From: a bacterium
GTDB taxonomy: Bacteria > Patescibacteriota > Minisyncoccia > Phycocordibacterales > Phycocordibacteraceae
DNA length: 50,862 nucleotides
Direction: 5' to 3'
Assembly: GCA_023269085.1 (NCBI GenBank)
Contig: JAHFML010000003.1
Coordinates: forward strand, 1 to 50,862
Of this stretch, positions 38,746 through 48,402 are shown in pieces. Under the pieces are notes generated by a model. That model ran no database searches. It saw only the letters and a list, made by a program, of their open reading frames with translations, and was not told where the DNA came from. The first letter of the stretch is position 1; each line of letters starts with the position of its first letter. Position numbers and translations under genes: made by a program.

Positions 38746-40419
38746 ATGAGCAAGCTTAAAGACATGCCAAATGTAGACCGCCCGCGAGAAAAATTTCTTG
38801 CGAAAGGTGCCGATGCTTTAACCAAAAGCGAACTTTTGGCGATTTTACTGGGAAGTGGAATAAAAGGCACAAATGTTAAAGAACTTTCGCAAAAAATTCT
38901 GCGAAAATTTGGGAATGGCTTTTTGCATGCAACCGTTGACGAGTTAGTACAAATTCCAGGAATCGGAAAGGCGAAAGCGTTGCAAATTGTTTCTGCGCTC
39001 GCCTTGGCTCGCAGAATACAGGAGGAGCAAAACAGTCCCGATAATCTTATTTTGTCCGCCAAAGACGCATTGTCATTGGTTTCGGACTTGAAAGACGCAA
39101 AAAGAGAAAACCTCGTCTGTTTGTACTTGAATGCACGAAATGCGTTACTTAAAAAAGAAATTGTTTCAGTCGGCACATTGGACAAGAGTTTGATACATCC
39201 GCGAGAAATTTTTGCACCAGGTCTTGAAGCACACGCAGCAGGGGTCATTCTTGTTCACAATCATCCGTCTGGGGATCCAAGCCCGAGCGAACAAGACAAA
39301 CAAGTTGCAAAAAGAATTATTGATGCAGGACAGTTAATGGGTATAAATGTTATAGATTTTCTTATCATCGCAAAAAACGGCTCCCATAGCGTTTTGGGAG
39401 AATTACAAAATACGGAACTAACTAATACGGAATATGTTGCAGAAGGTATTCAATCTTCACTTTTTGATTTAATGGTAGACGCAAACCAAGCATATTTTTA
39501 CGGCGTAAATAATAAGGTTCCAGAAAACAAAGGCAAAAAGGACGCTTTGAAGTTTATAGATCTTTTTGCTGGAATCGGTGGCTTTCATGTCGCCTTTCAT
39601 AATGCTGGCAGTGAGTGTGTTTTTGTCTCCGAATGGGACGAACCTGCACAACAAACCTATAAACATAACTTTTTCAAGCTATCGCCAGAGGTATTTCGCT
39701 CGGGAAATTTTGTCGGCGATATAACGAAAATCAAACCGAATGATATACCCGATTTTGATATTTTGACTGGAGGTTTTCCTTGTCAGCCATTCTCGCAAGC
39801 TGGCTTTAAAAAAGGATTTAACGAAACTCGTGGAACTTTATTTTTCGATATTGTTAAAATTTTAAAAGAAAAAAAGCCCCGTGCTTTTTTTCTGGAAAAT
39901 GTCCGCGGTTTATATAATCATGATAATGGTAAGACGTTTGAAACCATAAAAAGAGTCATAACGGAAGAACTGGGATATTCTTTCTTCCAAAAAATTGTAA
40001 AAGCTTCTGATTTTGGCTTACCGCAACACAGACCCCGCTTGTTTATGGTTGGATTCAGAGATAAATCCATTAACTTCAAATTTCCCGAACCTGTCAAAGA
40101 ACTCAAATATACAATGTCGGATATATTCGGCGGAAAATGCGATAAAGAGGTCGGCTTCACATTGCGTGTTGGTGGACGAGGGAGCAAGATAACTGACAGA
40201 AGAAATTGGGACGCATATCGAGTAAACGGAAAAATCGTACAACTTGGACCAAAGGAAGGGTTAAAAATGCAAGGGTTCCCAGATTGGTTTGAATTTCCGC
40301 AAGGCATTTCCAGCGTCCAGTCCATGAAGCAATTGGGTAATTCCGTCGCTATTCCCGCAATACAGGCTGTTGCTGAAAAAATAATTGAAACATTGAATGA
40401 ATATGATCAAAGAAAATAA
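38746..40419 (+). CDS. RadC (HhH plus JAB) fused to a C5 DNA cytosine methyltransferase
   Basis: RPREKF..KGADAL...ELLAILL, HPREIF, HNHPSGD; then DLFAGIGGF, GGFPCQPFS, ENVRGL, PQHRPR, KQLGNSV. Confidence 0.92.
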   Translation: MSKLKDMPNVDRPREKFLAKGADALTKSELLAILLGSGIKGTNVKELSQKILRKFGNGFLHATVDELVQIPGIGKAKALQIVSALALARRIQEEQNSPDNLILSAKDALSLVSDLKDAKRENLVCLYLNARNALLKKEIVSVGTLDKSLIHPREIFAPGLEAHAAGVILVHNHPSGDPSPSEQDKQVAKRIIDAGQLMGINVIDFLIIAKNGSHSVLGELQNTELTNTEYVAEGIQSSLFDLMVDANQAYFYGVNNKVPENKGKKDALKFIDLFAGIGGFHVAFHNAGSECVFVSEWDEPAQQTYKHNFFKLSPEVFRSGNFVGDITKIKPNDIPDFDILTGGFPCQPFSQAGFKKGFNETRGTLFFDIVKILKEKKPRAFFLENVRGLYNHDNGKTFETIKRVITEELGYSFFQKIVKASDFGLPQHRPRLFMVGFRDKSINFKFPEPVKELKYTMSDIFGGKCDKEVGFTLRVGGRGSKITDRRNWDAYRVNGKIVQLGPKEGLKMQGFPDWFEFPQGISSVQSMKQLGNSVAIPAIQAVAEKIIETLNEYDQRK

Positions 40420-41491
40420 CAAAGGAGAATGGTCGGAATTTTACGCTTTCCTTAAAATTCTTGAGGATAGAAAACTTTTTGCAGCGGACAAAAATCTTGA
40501 AATAATAGATGGAAAGTTTTTCGTATTTCACAAAATATTCAGAGACGAGAAAGACGAACCCGTTAAAATTTATGATCTTTCACAATCGGACACGCAAGTA
40601 ATAATCACCGACGAAGCAGGAAGAACCATTAAAGAGTTTGACTCCTCCGTTTTGAAAGAAAAGACATTGAAAATTTTTGAACGAATCAGAGATGAAAAAA
40701 GTCGATCATTCACAATTCCAGAAGCGTGCGAGCTCATGGAGGAATTGCTTTGCACAAAAGTAAAAGCAAGTAGTAGTGAAAAAGCTGATCTTGTTGCGAT
40801 TATCTATGATCGGATTTCTAAAACAGCACCGATGCTCGGATTCTCCATAAAATCTATGATCGGAGGAGCATCCACATTGCTTAATCCTGGTAAAACTACA
40901 AACTTTGTTTTTGAAATAAAAGGTTTTACAGGCAATGTGGATGAAGTGAATGCCATAGAAACAAATGCTCAAATTCGTGATCGTGTTAAAAAAATATCGG
41001 AACAAAACGGAGTTTTTGATTTTGTAGGGGTGTCCAATGAACAGTTTTCCTCGAACATGAAAATGATTGATACGGCATTGCCAGAGTTTATCGCATCAAT
41101 GCTTTTGGATTTTTTCTCAAACAGTCGGAAAACAGTTGCGGATCTGGCAGGTGCTCTTTCGGAAGATGCAAAAATAACCACAAAGTACGGACTATCTCTC
41201 ACAAACTACGAATATAAAATCAAAAACTTTTTGGACGCGGTCGCGCTTGGTATGGTGCCAAGCAAACCCTGGGACGGTTTTGCTAAAGCACATGGTGGGT
41301 ATATTGTCGTAAAAGAAAATGGCGATGTGGTTTGTTATCACTTATACAATCGTGATGAATTTCGAGCATATTTATACGAAAACACGAAGTTTGACGCGGC
41401 AAGCACAACTCGTTATGAATACGGCAAGCTATACGAGAAAAATGGAAAGCTGTTTTTTAACCTCAACCTGCAAATTAGATTTTTGAAATAG
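40397..41491 (+). CDS. Type II restriction endonuclease, HpaII-like family
   Basis: NKGEWSE N-terminus, KAD...GFSIKS..G...TLLN, GMVPSKPWDG...GGYIVVK, LNLQIRF; overlaps the MTase stop. Confidence 0.8.
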   Translation: MNMIKENNKGEWSEFYAFLKILEDRKLFAADKNLEIIDGKFFVFHKIFRDEKDEPVKIYDLSQSDTQVIITDEAGRTIKEFDSSVLKEKTLKIFERIRDEKSRSFTIPEACELMEELLCTKVKASSSEKADLVAIIYDRISKTAPMLGFSIKSMIGGASTLLNPGKTTNFVFEIKGFTGNVDEVNAIETNAQIRDRVKKISEQNGVFDFVGVSNEQFSSNMKMIDTALPEFIASMLLDFFSNSRKTVADLAGALSEDAKITTKYGLSLTNYEYKIKNFLDAVALGMVPSKPWDGFAKAHGGYIVVKENGDVVCYHLYNRDEFRAYLYENTKFDAASTTRYEYGKLYEKNGKLFFNLNLQIRFLK

Positions 41492-41507
41492 AGAGAACAT
41501 TTAAACT

Positions 41508-42926
41508 ATGAAAAATAAATTTATAAAAAAGGATATTTCGATAAAAGGCTTGTCTCTTTGGGATGAAAATGCACGTTTCCCAGATAAATATTTTAGTAAG
41601 ACAGAGAAGGAGCTTATTGGTTATTTTGTATCCAAAAAGGATTTTAAGATAAATGAATTTTCTGAAGAAGTTGTAAAGGAGTTTGATTTGCCGCAACTAG
41701 AAAAATTGGTTGTATATGAGTTTAATGGCAAAAAAATAGTTTTGGAGGGCAACCGTCGTCTTGCGGTTTATAAACTTTTAAATGATCCAAAATTAACTGA
41801 CGATACGAAACTGCAAGGCAAGCTTACTGGTTTAAGATCGAAGATAAAAATTGACGATAATTTTAAGCTAGAGTGTTTGATTTCTAAAGACAAGGAGCAG
41901 GGTCTGCGGTATATAAACAGGAAACACTTGCGAGGCAATAACGAAGTTTCTTGGGGTGATAATGAGAGAGCTCATCATAATGCACGTGGAGGGAATGCAA
42001 ATCAAAAAGAACTCCTGAAAGTTGCAATTACTAAAGTCATCAAAGATCTTGAACTTCCAGAACAATTGAAGGAACAAGTATTGGGACATGGTTTTGTAAC
42101 TACCCTTTGGAGGTTAGTTGAACAAAAGCCAGCGTGGTCTGCCTTTGGATTTTCACTTGATAAAAGCGGAGAACTAAAAATCACAGACAAAGATTTTAAG
42201 GACAAGCTAAAAGTTATTATTTTTGATGTTCTGCAAAAGGGTAAGTATAACGGAAAGCTATTTTCGCGTTTAAATGTAAAAGACATCGAAGGTTATTTGG
42301 GAGGAATTACAAAAGAAGATTATAAAAGAGTTTCTGATGACATAAAGAAACAAACCAAGACAGATCTTTTTGGCAAGGAATCAACTATCATTGCTTCATC
42401 AGGAAACAATGGAAACCGAAGTAATCCAAAATCATCACTTCGTGATTATTTAATTCCAAAAACGTGTGTATTTCAAATTCACGAAACAAAGATCAATAAT
42501 ATTTACTGCGAACTTAAAAATGACCTTTTGATTGATGACTCGAAAAAGGCTGTGCCAAATGCCGTCGGGGTATTATTTAGGGTTTTCTTAGAAATATCCT
42601 TGGATCACTATGCAAAAATGAATAGTCATGGATTTAAAAAGACAGATACAATTAATCAAAAAATTTCTTGGGTCGTCAAAAGTTTAGAGGGCAAGAAATA
42701 TGATAAAAAGAAGTTTAACAATATAAACAAAGTTGGTTCTGCAACAGGCACAAAAAGTTATTTATCAATAGAAAATTTCCATGAATATGTTCATTCTGTA
42801 ACAACACAGCCAACATCGAGTGAATTGAAGGGAAAATGGGACAACCTGCAAGGATTTTTTGAAATCCTATGGGGAGATTTGAATAAAAAAGCAAAATCTA
42901 AAAAACAATATGCAAAAAAGAAATAG
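41508..42926 (+). CDS. ParB/Srx-like N-terminal plus HEPN-like C-terminal protein
   Basis: ENARF...VLEGNRRLAVYKLL (ParB-like); NAVGVLFRVFLE...FHEYVH (HEPN-like). Confidence 0.62.
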   Translation: MKNKFIKKDISIKGLSLWDENARFPDKYFSKTEKELIGYFVSKKDFKINEFSEEVVKEFDLPQLEKLVVYEFNGKKIVLEGNRRLAVYKLLNDPKLTDDTKLQGKLTGLRSKIKIDDNFKLECLISKDKEQGLRYINRKHLRGNNEVSWGDNERAHHNARGGNANQKELLKVAITKVIKDLELPEQLKEQVLGHGFVTTLWRLVEQKPAWSAFGFSLDKSGELKITDKDFKDKLKVIIFDVLQKGKYNGKLFSRLNVKDIEGYLGGITKEDYKRVSDDIKKQTKTDLFGKESTIIASSGNNGNRSNPKSSLRDYLIPKTCVFQIHETKINNIYCELKNDLLIDDSKKAVPNAVGVLFRVFLEISLDHYAKMNSHGFKKTDTINQKISWVVKSLEGKKYDKKKFNNINKVGSATGTKSYLSIENFHEYVHSVTTQPTSSELKGKWDNLQGFFEILWGDLNKKAKSKKQYAKKK

Positions 42927-43776
42927 AAAAAAAATATCGGGTTTCTCTAGCCCCTTGCGTTATCCAGGCGGGAAAACTCGACTTGCCAATAAACTACTTG
43001 AGGCAATGGAGAAAAACTTTGACCAAAAAGAAAAAGTGGTTTTGGTGGAGCCATATGCTGGTGGAGCGGGGGCTTCACTTGCTCTGCTTTTTGCCAAAAA
43101 AGTTGAAAGAATTGTTATCAATGATCTTGATAAGGCTATTTTTACTTTCTGGAAAATAGCTGTGTCTGATACTGACTATTTAATAAATAAAATAAAACGA
43201 ACAGAAGTTACTATTGAGGAATGGAGAAGGCAAAAAGCAATATACATTTCAACAAAAGACGAACGAAAACTTGCATTTGCGACTCTGTTTTTAAATAGAA
43301 CAAACCGTTCTGGGATTATGAGAGGTGGACCAATAGGCGGATTTGATCAATCTGGAACATGGAAAGTGAATGCTCGATTTACTAAAAAAACAATCATTGA
43401 TCGTCTAGAAAAAGTAAAAGAATTCCGTAATAAAATTGAGGTAAGTAATCTGGACGGAGTAGCATTGTTAAAAAGATTGGAAAAACGCAATAGTGAGAAT
43501 CAATATTTTATATTTCTTGACCCGCCATATTTTCAAAAAGGACAATCTTTATACCTAAACCATTACAACAATGAGGATCATGAAAATCTGTCAGAATTCT
43601 TGAGAAAATCATCTTTCAAAAAATGGGTTATGACTTATGATGATGTGCCGTATATTAAAAACTTGTATGCAACAATGCGTACTAAGGGGTTTGCAATTCA
43701 GCATAATGCATACGAATCCAAAATAGGCAGAGAGGTTATGATTTTTCCAAAAGGGTTTACCCCTGTGAATATTTAA
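42910..43776 (+). CDS. Dam/D12-class DNA adenine methyltransferase
   Basis: SPLRYPGGK, EPYAGGAG, INDLD, FLNRTNRSG, FLDPPY, WVMTYD. Confidence 0.92.
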   Translation: MQKRNRKKISGFSSPLRYPGGKTRLANKLLEAMEKNFDQKEKVVLVEPYAGGAGASLALLFAKKVERIVINDLDKAIFTFWKIAVSDTDYLINKIKRTEVTIEEWRRQKAIYISTKDERKLAFATLFLNRTNRSGIMRGGPIGGFDQSGTWKVNARFTKKTIIDRLEKVKEFRNKIEVSNLDGVALLKRLEKRNSENQYFIFLDPPYFQKGQSLYLNHYNNEDHENLSEFLRKSSFKKWVMTYDDVPYIKNLYATMRTKGFAIQHNAYESKIGREVMIFPKGFTPVNI

Positions 43777-44318
43777 GGGAGCCGTCCGCGTTAGCGGATG
43801 GGCTTTGTGCGCGCACTGGGAGGGTGGGGCAAGCACATATAAAATTGTTTGTGCCTCACACAATCCGCCTTTCAGAGTTACCACAGACTCAAACGAAGTC
43901 ACAGAGCGAACACGAAGCAACGCCGAGCAGGCATCGTGAGCGAATGCGAACGGCCTATGCGAGGTGGTGCGAAGTGTGAGCGGACTCTCGAATTACCACA
44001 AAACGCGGATATGGGAGCGCCTCGCACCGACGCGAATGACGGAAGAAAGGACGGACAAAATACTGCCACAATGCTAAAATATAAATACAAGTCCTTTCTG
44101 GAGGAATGAAGCGTCGGAACCAAAACCAAAAATTTTCCCTTCCATTTTTTGCCGGCTCCCCCCACACCCCCCGCCGAAGAAGGAAAAGTAAGGAAATTTT
44201 TGGTTTTGGGATTGCGACCGAAGGGAGCGTGCGAGGCGCAAAGATTATTAGTCAAAATCCTGCGGATTTTGTCCGAAATACATTCGAACTTTGTCCAATA
44301 CACACCGCCAATATATTT

Positions 44319-44981
44319 CTAGTGCGCCAAAGCGAGAGGAATAATCTGTGTCGCGCCCGCGGCGCGGAGCGCGTCGATGGCGGCTTGGAGCGTCGCGCCG
44401 GTGGTGAGGACGTCGTCGATGACGAAGTAGGTGCGGGCGGGGTCGAACGGATGCGCGGCGTCTTCTGCAACGCGAAAGGCGCCGCGCATGTTCTCTTCGC
44501 GTTCTCTCCGCGGGAGCGACACCTGCGAGGCGGTCTCGCGCGTGCGGACGAGCAGGGAAGGCTCAAGGGCGAATCCCTGAACATCGTGCAACGCCCCCCG
44601 TATTACTTCTTCGACCTGATTGAAGCCGCGCTCACGCCGTCGCGCCGCGCCGAGCGGTATCGGCACGATCGAGACAAGGTTCGACCTTAGCCCAGAATTC
44701 TCAAGGTCGAACCTTGTCTCGTCGAACTCGGCCTCGCGAAGATACTCGGCGAGCGCGAGCGCGAGGAGCGCCTGTGCGCGCGCCGAGCCGTGATACTTCG
44801 CTTCGTGTATCGCCGAACGCACGAGTGGCTCCTGGAAGGGGAGAAGAACGACCGTGCCCGGCCGCGTGCAGGGCGCGAGGCGCGGTGCAATGAGAGAGAG
44901 GAAGTCGTCATCAGAAATGGCACGAAGTGATTCTTCATCACTGCGCGGGGGGAAGAGCATGTCCATGAGGCGTCGCAACAT
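44319..44981 (-). CDS. comF: ComF-family phosphoribosyltransferase-like competence protein
   Basis: IHEAKY, IVPIPL...RERGFNQ, IDDVLTTGATL. Confidence 0.9.
   Translation of the reverse strand: MLRRLMDMLFPPRSDEESLRAISDDDFLSLIAPRLAPCTRPGTVVLLPFQEPLVRSAIHEAKYHGSARAQALLALALAEYLREAEFDETRFDLENSGLRSNLVSIVPIPLGAARRRERGFNQVEEVIRGALHDVQGFALEPSLLVRTRETASQVSLPRREREENMRGAFRVAEDAAHPFDPARTYFVIDDVLTTGATLQAAIDALRAAGATQIIPLALAH
44670..44721. repeat. 19-bp perfect inverted repeat inside the comF coding sequence
   Basis: CGAGACAAGGTTCGACCTT-N14-AAGGTCGAACCTTGTCTCG. Confidence 0.9.
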
Positions 44982-44995
44982 GGTACTATTTTCGC

Positions 44996-46078
44996 ATGTC
45001 GTTCTTCGATTCGCTATTTACGAAAAAAGAAGGAAGCGTGCTCGGCGTCGACATCGGGTCGTCGTCGCTCAAGGTCGTCCAGCTGCGCCGCGAGAAAGGG
45101 CAGGCCGTGCTTGAGACCTATGGCGAGCTCGCGCTCGGGCCGTATGCGGGCGTCCAAGTCGGACAGGCGACGAATCTCTCGGCAGAGCAGATCGCCGAGA
45201 CGCTCAAAGATCTCCTGCGCGAGGCGAAGGTGACGACGACCAACTGCGGCGTCTCGATTCCCTTCGCGCGGTCGCTCCTCTCTCTCGTGCGTCTGCCCTA
45301 TCGCAAGAGCCAGCAGGAACAGCAGACGATTATCGAGCTCGAAGCGCGCAAATATATACCCGTGCCAGTGAGCGAGGTCCAGCTCGACTGGTTCGTCGTG
45401 CCGAAGATGGAGCTCGGCGGGAGGGAAGATGAGAGAGAAAAGGATACCGTCGAGGTGCTGATCGTCGCGGTCCACAATGACGAGCTCGCGCTACTGCAGA
45501 GCGTCATGGCGGGCGCCAGTCTCGCGGCGACCTTCTACGAGATCGAGATCTTCAGCACTATTCGCGCGGTCGTCGATGAACCGGTCAAGCCGGTGATGAT
45601 CCTCGACCTCGGCGCCGCCTCGACGAAGGTCTACATCGTCGAACACGGCGTCGTCGCGCTCTCGCACTCGATCGGCACCGGCAGTCAAGACATCACGCGC
45701 GCGATTGCCGTCTCCTCGGACGTCTCACTCGCTCGCGCCGAAGCGCTCAAGAAGGAGCGCGGGCTCCTACGCGACAGCGTCTCGAGCAAGAATTCAGAAG
45801 TCATATTCTCGAACATCTTTTCCGAAGCGCGCCGTGCCATGGTGCAATATGAGACGCTTCATAAGCGGGCGGTCAGCTCTATCATGCTTACCGGCGGCGG
45901 CGGCGTGACCAAGGAGTTGAGCGCGTATGCGAAGCAGACATTCTCGATCGATGTGCGCGTAGCGAACCCGTTCGCGAAGACGGCCGCACCGGCCTTCATG
46001 CGCCCAGTGCTCGAAGAGATAGGGCCAGAGTTCGCCGTCGCCGTCGGCCTCGCCCTCCGCAAGCTTGAGGAAGAATGA
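44996..46078 (+). CDS. pilM: Type IV pilus assembly protein PilM
   Basis: LGVDIGSSSLKVVQL, EARKYIP...VQLDW, ILDLGAAST, LTGGG, NPF, FAVAVGLALR. Confidence 0.92.
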   Translation: MSFFDSLFTKKEGSVLGVDIGSSSLKVVQLRREKGQAVLETYGELALGPYAGVQVGQATNLSAEQIAETLKDLLREAKVTTTNCGVSIPFARSLLSLVRLPYRKSQQEQQTIIELEARKYIPVPVSEVQLDWFVVPKMELGGREDEREKDTVEVLIVAVHNDELALLQSVMAGASLAATFYEIEIFSTIRAVVDEPVKPVMILDLGAASTKVYIVEHGVVALSHSIGTGSQDITRAIAVSSDVSLARAEALKKERGLLRDSVSSKNSEVIFSNIFSEARRAMVQYETLHKRAVSSIMLTGGGGVTKELSAYAKQTFSIDVRVANPFAKTAAPAFMRPVLEEIGPEFAVAVGLALRKLEEE

Positions 46079-46104
46079 TAGCCGCAACATGCTAGAATGA
46101 CGCT

Positions 46105-46566
46105 ATGAAGAAGGAGATGGAAAAAACAACGAAACAAGAACCGACTATTTCGGATGTTATGAGAGTCGTGGGCGGTTTGACGGGGGAAGTAGGCAGTCTC
46201 ACGGGAAGAGTAGATAGTCTCACCGGCACCGTAGAGAATCTCACCGGGAAGGTAGACAGTCTTGCCGAATCTTTACAAGATCTGACCGAAGCTGTGCAGA
46301 CTGGCTTCGCTAGACACGAGGAGATACTTGTTGGACATGGAGAAGTGCTTGCTAAGCATGACCAACTTCTGAAAGCCTTGGTCGAAGGGCAGAACAACCT
46401 CACCGAACGAGTCGGCGATATTGATCGACGGCTCATCGCTACGCAGAATCGCGTTGAAGATATCGCGGACATGTTCGAGAGCACGACCGATGTTGTCGAC
46501 GAAAGCCGCGACCAGATCTTCGGTCATGAAGTGCGCATCACGCGGCTTGAAGGAGTAGCAGTATAA
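46105..46566 (+). CDS. Heptad-repeat coiled-coil hypothetical protein
   Basis: LTGxVxS heptads (21-nt DNA periodicity); ends HEVRITRLE; paralog of 48403-48822. Confidence 0.72.
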   Translation: MKKEMEKTTKQEPTISDVMRVVGGLTGEVGSLTGRVDSLTGTVENLTGKVDSLAESLQDLTEAVQTGFARHEEILVGHGEVLAKHDQLLKALVEGQNNLTERVGDIDRRLIATQNRVEDIADMFESTTDVVDESRDQIFGHEVRITRLEGVAV

Positions 46567-46585
46567 GTTATACACAATGATTTCC

Positions 46586-46612
46586 TTTACTCTACCCTCG
46601 GGGGGGTACGCT
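46586..46612 (+). promoter_or_regulatory. Putative promoter with G7 tract (TTTACT-N15-TACGCT)
   Basis: G run 46600-46606. Confidence 0.62.
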
Positions 46613-46653
46613 AGAGGAGTATCTCTTACTTCACTTCTAGCCACATTCTCGCT

Positions 46654-47550
46654 ATGCGCACGCTCCTCACCTCAACCCTCAAGATGTTCGTCGCCTCTTC
46701 TCTCACCCTCCTCGCCTTCTACGCGATCAACGCTTCTGCACAATCAGCCTGGACTCCAGCTCCAGCTAACGCTCCCTCAGGCAACGTGGCAGGCCCCCTC
46801 ACCACGGGCGCAACCGGTCAGAGCAAAGCCGGCAATCTCATGCTCAACACCGACGGCACCCTCGCCAACGGCCTCATCGTCGCGAATGGGAATGTGGGGA
46901 TTGGGGTGTTGAACCCGGATTATCTACTTGATATTAACGGTACCTTTGCGGCTAAGTATAATCTGGACATGAAATCAGGGATTTCTCAGATCGCATGGAA
47001 CAGAGACTCTCGTACCGGATCTATTTATGATTCAGCTCACCACGCATGGCAGCTTGGGCCAACGTCGGTGTCCAATGATGGGTTCAGCATAAAACACTTC
47101 AGCCCATCTGGTACTTACTCGGGAGGAGTCATATTTTCAGTAGATGACAACGTCGGTGTCGGGACACAAACACCGAACGTCTCGAAGGGGGCTGGCGGGT
47201 ATGTCGACGCCAAAGACGTCTATCTCCGTGACGCCGGGAAGTGGGCGAGTCAGGTTGGGGGAGGGAGTGGGAGTATCGTAGCAGGATGCACATCAAAAAG
47301 TCCGACGGGGATAGAGTCAACTTGGATAGATCCTAGTATTTATAATTTTTACAATTGTTTTGGAGGCGCATCTGGGAAGGTGAAGTCAAATGGTGGATGG
47401 GGGGGTGCTCCTCTTGTGACAGCGTCTATGACGTGTCCTACGGGTTCAACAGTTCAAGCGACAGGTCTCTTCCCTATAAGTTATCAAGCAGATGGTTATT
47501 CGAATCCTAGCAGCGGAGCTCTAACGGCGTTTCTCTGTCTGAAGAGTTAA
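46654..47550 (+). CDS. Secreted constant-N/variable-C surface protein, paralog 4
   Basis: 46688-46905 identical to 29855-30072; 47206-47250 identical to 31251-31295; Cys-rich tip like paralog 1. Confidence 0.82.
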   Translation: MRTLLTSTLKMFVASSLTLLAFYAINASAQSAWTPAPANAPSGNVAGPLTTGATGQSKAGNLMLNTDGTLANGLIVANGNVGIGVLNPDYLLDINGTFAAKYNLDMKSGISQIAWNRDSRTGSIYDSAHHAWQLGPTSVSNDGFSIKHFSPSGTYSGGVIFSVDDNVGVGTQTPNVSKGAGGYVDAKDVYLRDAGKWASQVGGGSGSIVAGCTSKSPTGIESTWIDPSIYNFYNCFGGASGKVKSNGGWGGAPLVTASMTCPTGSTVQATGLFPISYQADGYSNPSSGALTAFLCLKS

Positions 47551-47570
47551 TCCGTCAAGACGGATGTCGA

Positions 47571-48344
47571 TTACTGGTACTCCATTTTCAGGATACTTGT
47601 AAGTTCGGACACGGGGATGCGGAGCGTCTGCGGGCCGGCGGCATACGGCGCGACTGCATAGGGAGCGAAGAGGATGACGAAGTCGCGATTATCGAAGAAG
47701 AAGTTCGAGAAGTTCTTCTCGTCTGGCGTGGTGCCCGGGTTGATGAAGCTCTTTTTAAAATCGGCATCTTCGCCGATGACGCTGGGCAGTTTGGCGCGGC
47801 TTATTTCGGAGAGCTTCGCGAGATACTTCGAATCTGCGAAGAGGTCAGCGAGCGAGAGCTCTGTGCCCGTCGTGGTGTCGAAGGTGAAGGTACGGAAGTA
47901 CATATTCGGATGCGCGCCGAAGGTGTTCTCATAGAGGGTGAAGATGTAGGAGACGGTGCGCGGCGAGGAGGCAACGAGATATTTTATTTCCAACGCTTCT
48001 TTATGATCGGCGCTGAAGCCTATGGTCGCGATATCGTCCGGCGTGAGGTTGGCGAAGTTTCCATCAGTCTTGAACTGCGCGATAGTGTCGCCGACGAATT
48101 TTTTCATGCTCGCGACGGCGACGGCATCGGCCGAAGTGCTAATCCTTATAAGCGGCGTGCTCGTCGCATAATAAGCCGTGATGTCGTAGTACTTCGCGTG
48201 CTCGGTGTAGCCGCCCGCGGGCAAGCCGGAGGTGTCGATGACGACCGAGAGCGGCTTGGTCGATTTGAAAATGAAGAACCCGGCGAGACCGACAATGATG
48301 GCGACACCGACAACACTCCCGAGAGCGATAAGTACTTTTTTCAT
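47571..48344 (-). CDS. DUF3298/RsiV-like membrane-anchored protein
   Basis: N-terminal TM; GAHPN...TFTFD..TG..LSLADLF; FAPYAVAPYAAG...LRIP. Confidence 0.8.
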   Translation of the reverse strand: MKKVLIALGSVVGVAIIVGLAGFFIFKSTKPLSVVIDTSGLPAGGYTEHAKYYDITAYYATSTPLIRISTSADAVAVASMKKFVGDTIAQFKTDGNFANLTPDDIATIGFSADHKEALEIKYLVASSPRTVSYIFTLYENTFGAHPNMYFRTFTFDTTTGTELSLADLFADSKYLAKLSEISRAKLPSVIGEDADFKKSFINPGTTPDEKNFSNFFFDNRDFVILFAPYAVAPYAAGPQTLRIPVSELTSILKMEYQ

Positions 48345-48402
48345 ATAGGGACAGTATAACAAAAGTCATCGTGCCCGAGAACGACATGGTATGCTATTCG
48401 GT

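Larger units (their letters stand above)
36601..44311. mobile_element. AT-rich integrative defence island in the tRNA-Ser 3' end
   Basis: CCGCCAA core at 36601-36607 and 44305-44311; sharp GC drop; serine recombinase and RM cargo. Confidence 0.88.

Noticed and set aside
40397-41491. Assigning CCGG specificity to the RM system
   Set aside because: Family resemblance does not fix specificity, and CCGG is abundant in the flanking host DNA; needs REBASE comparison or methylome data
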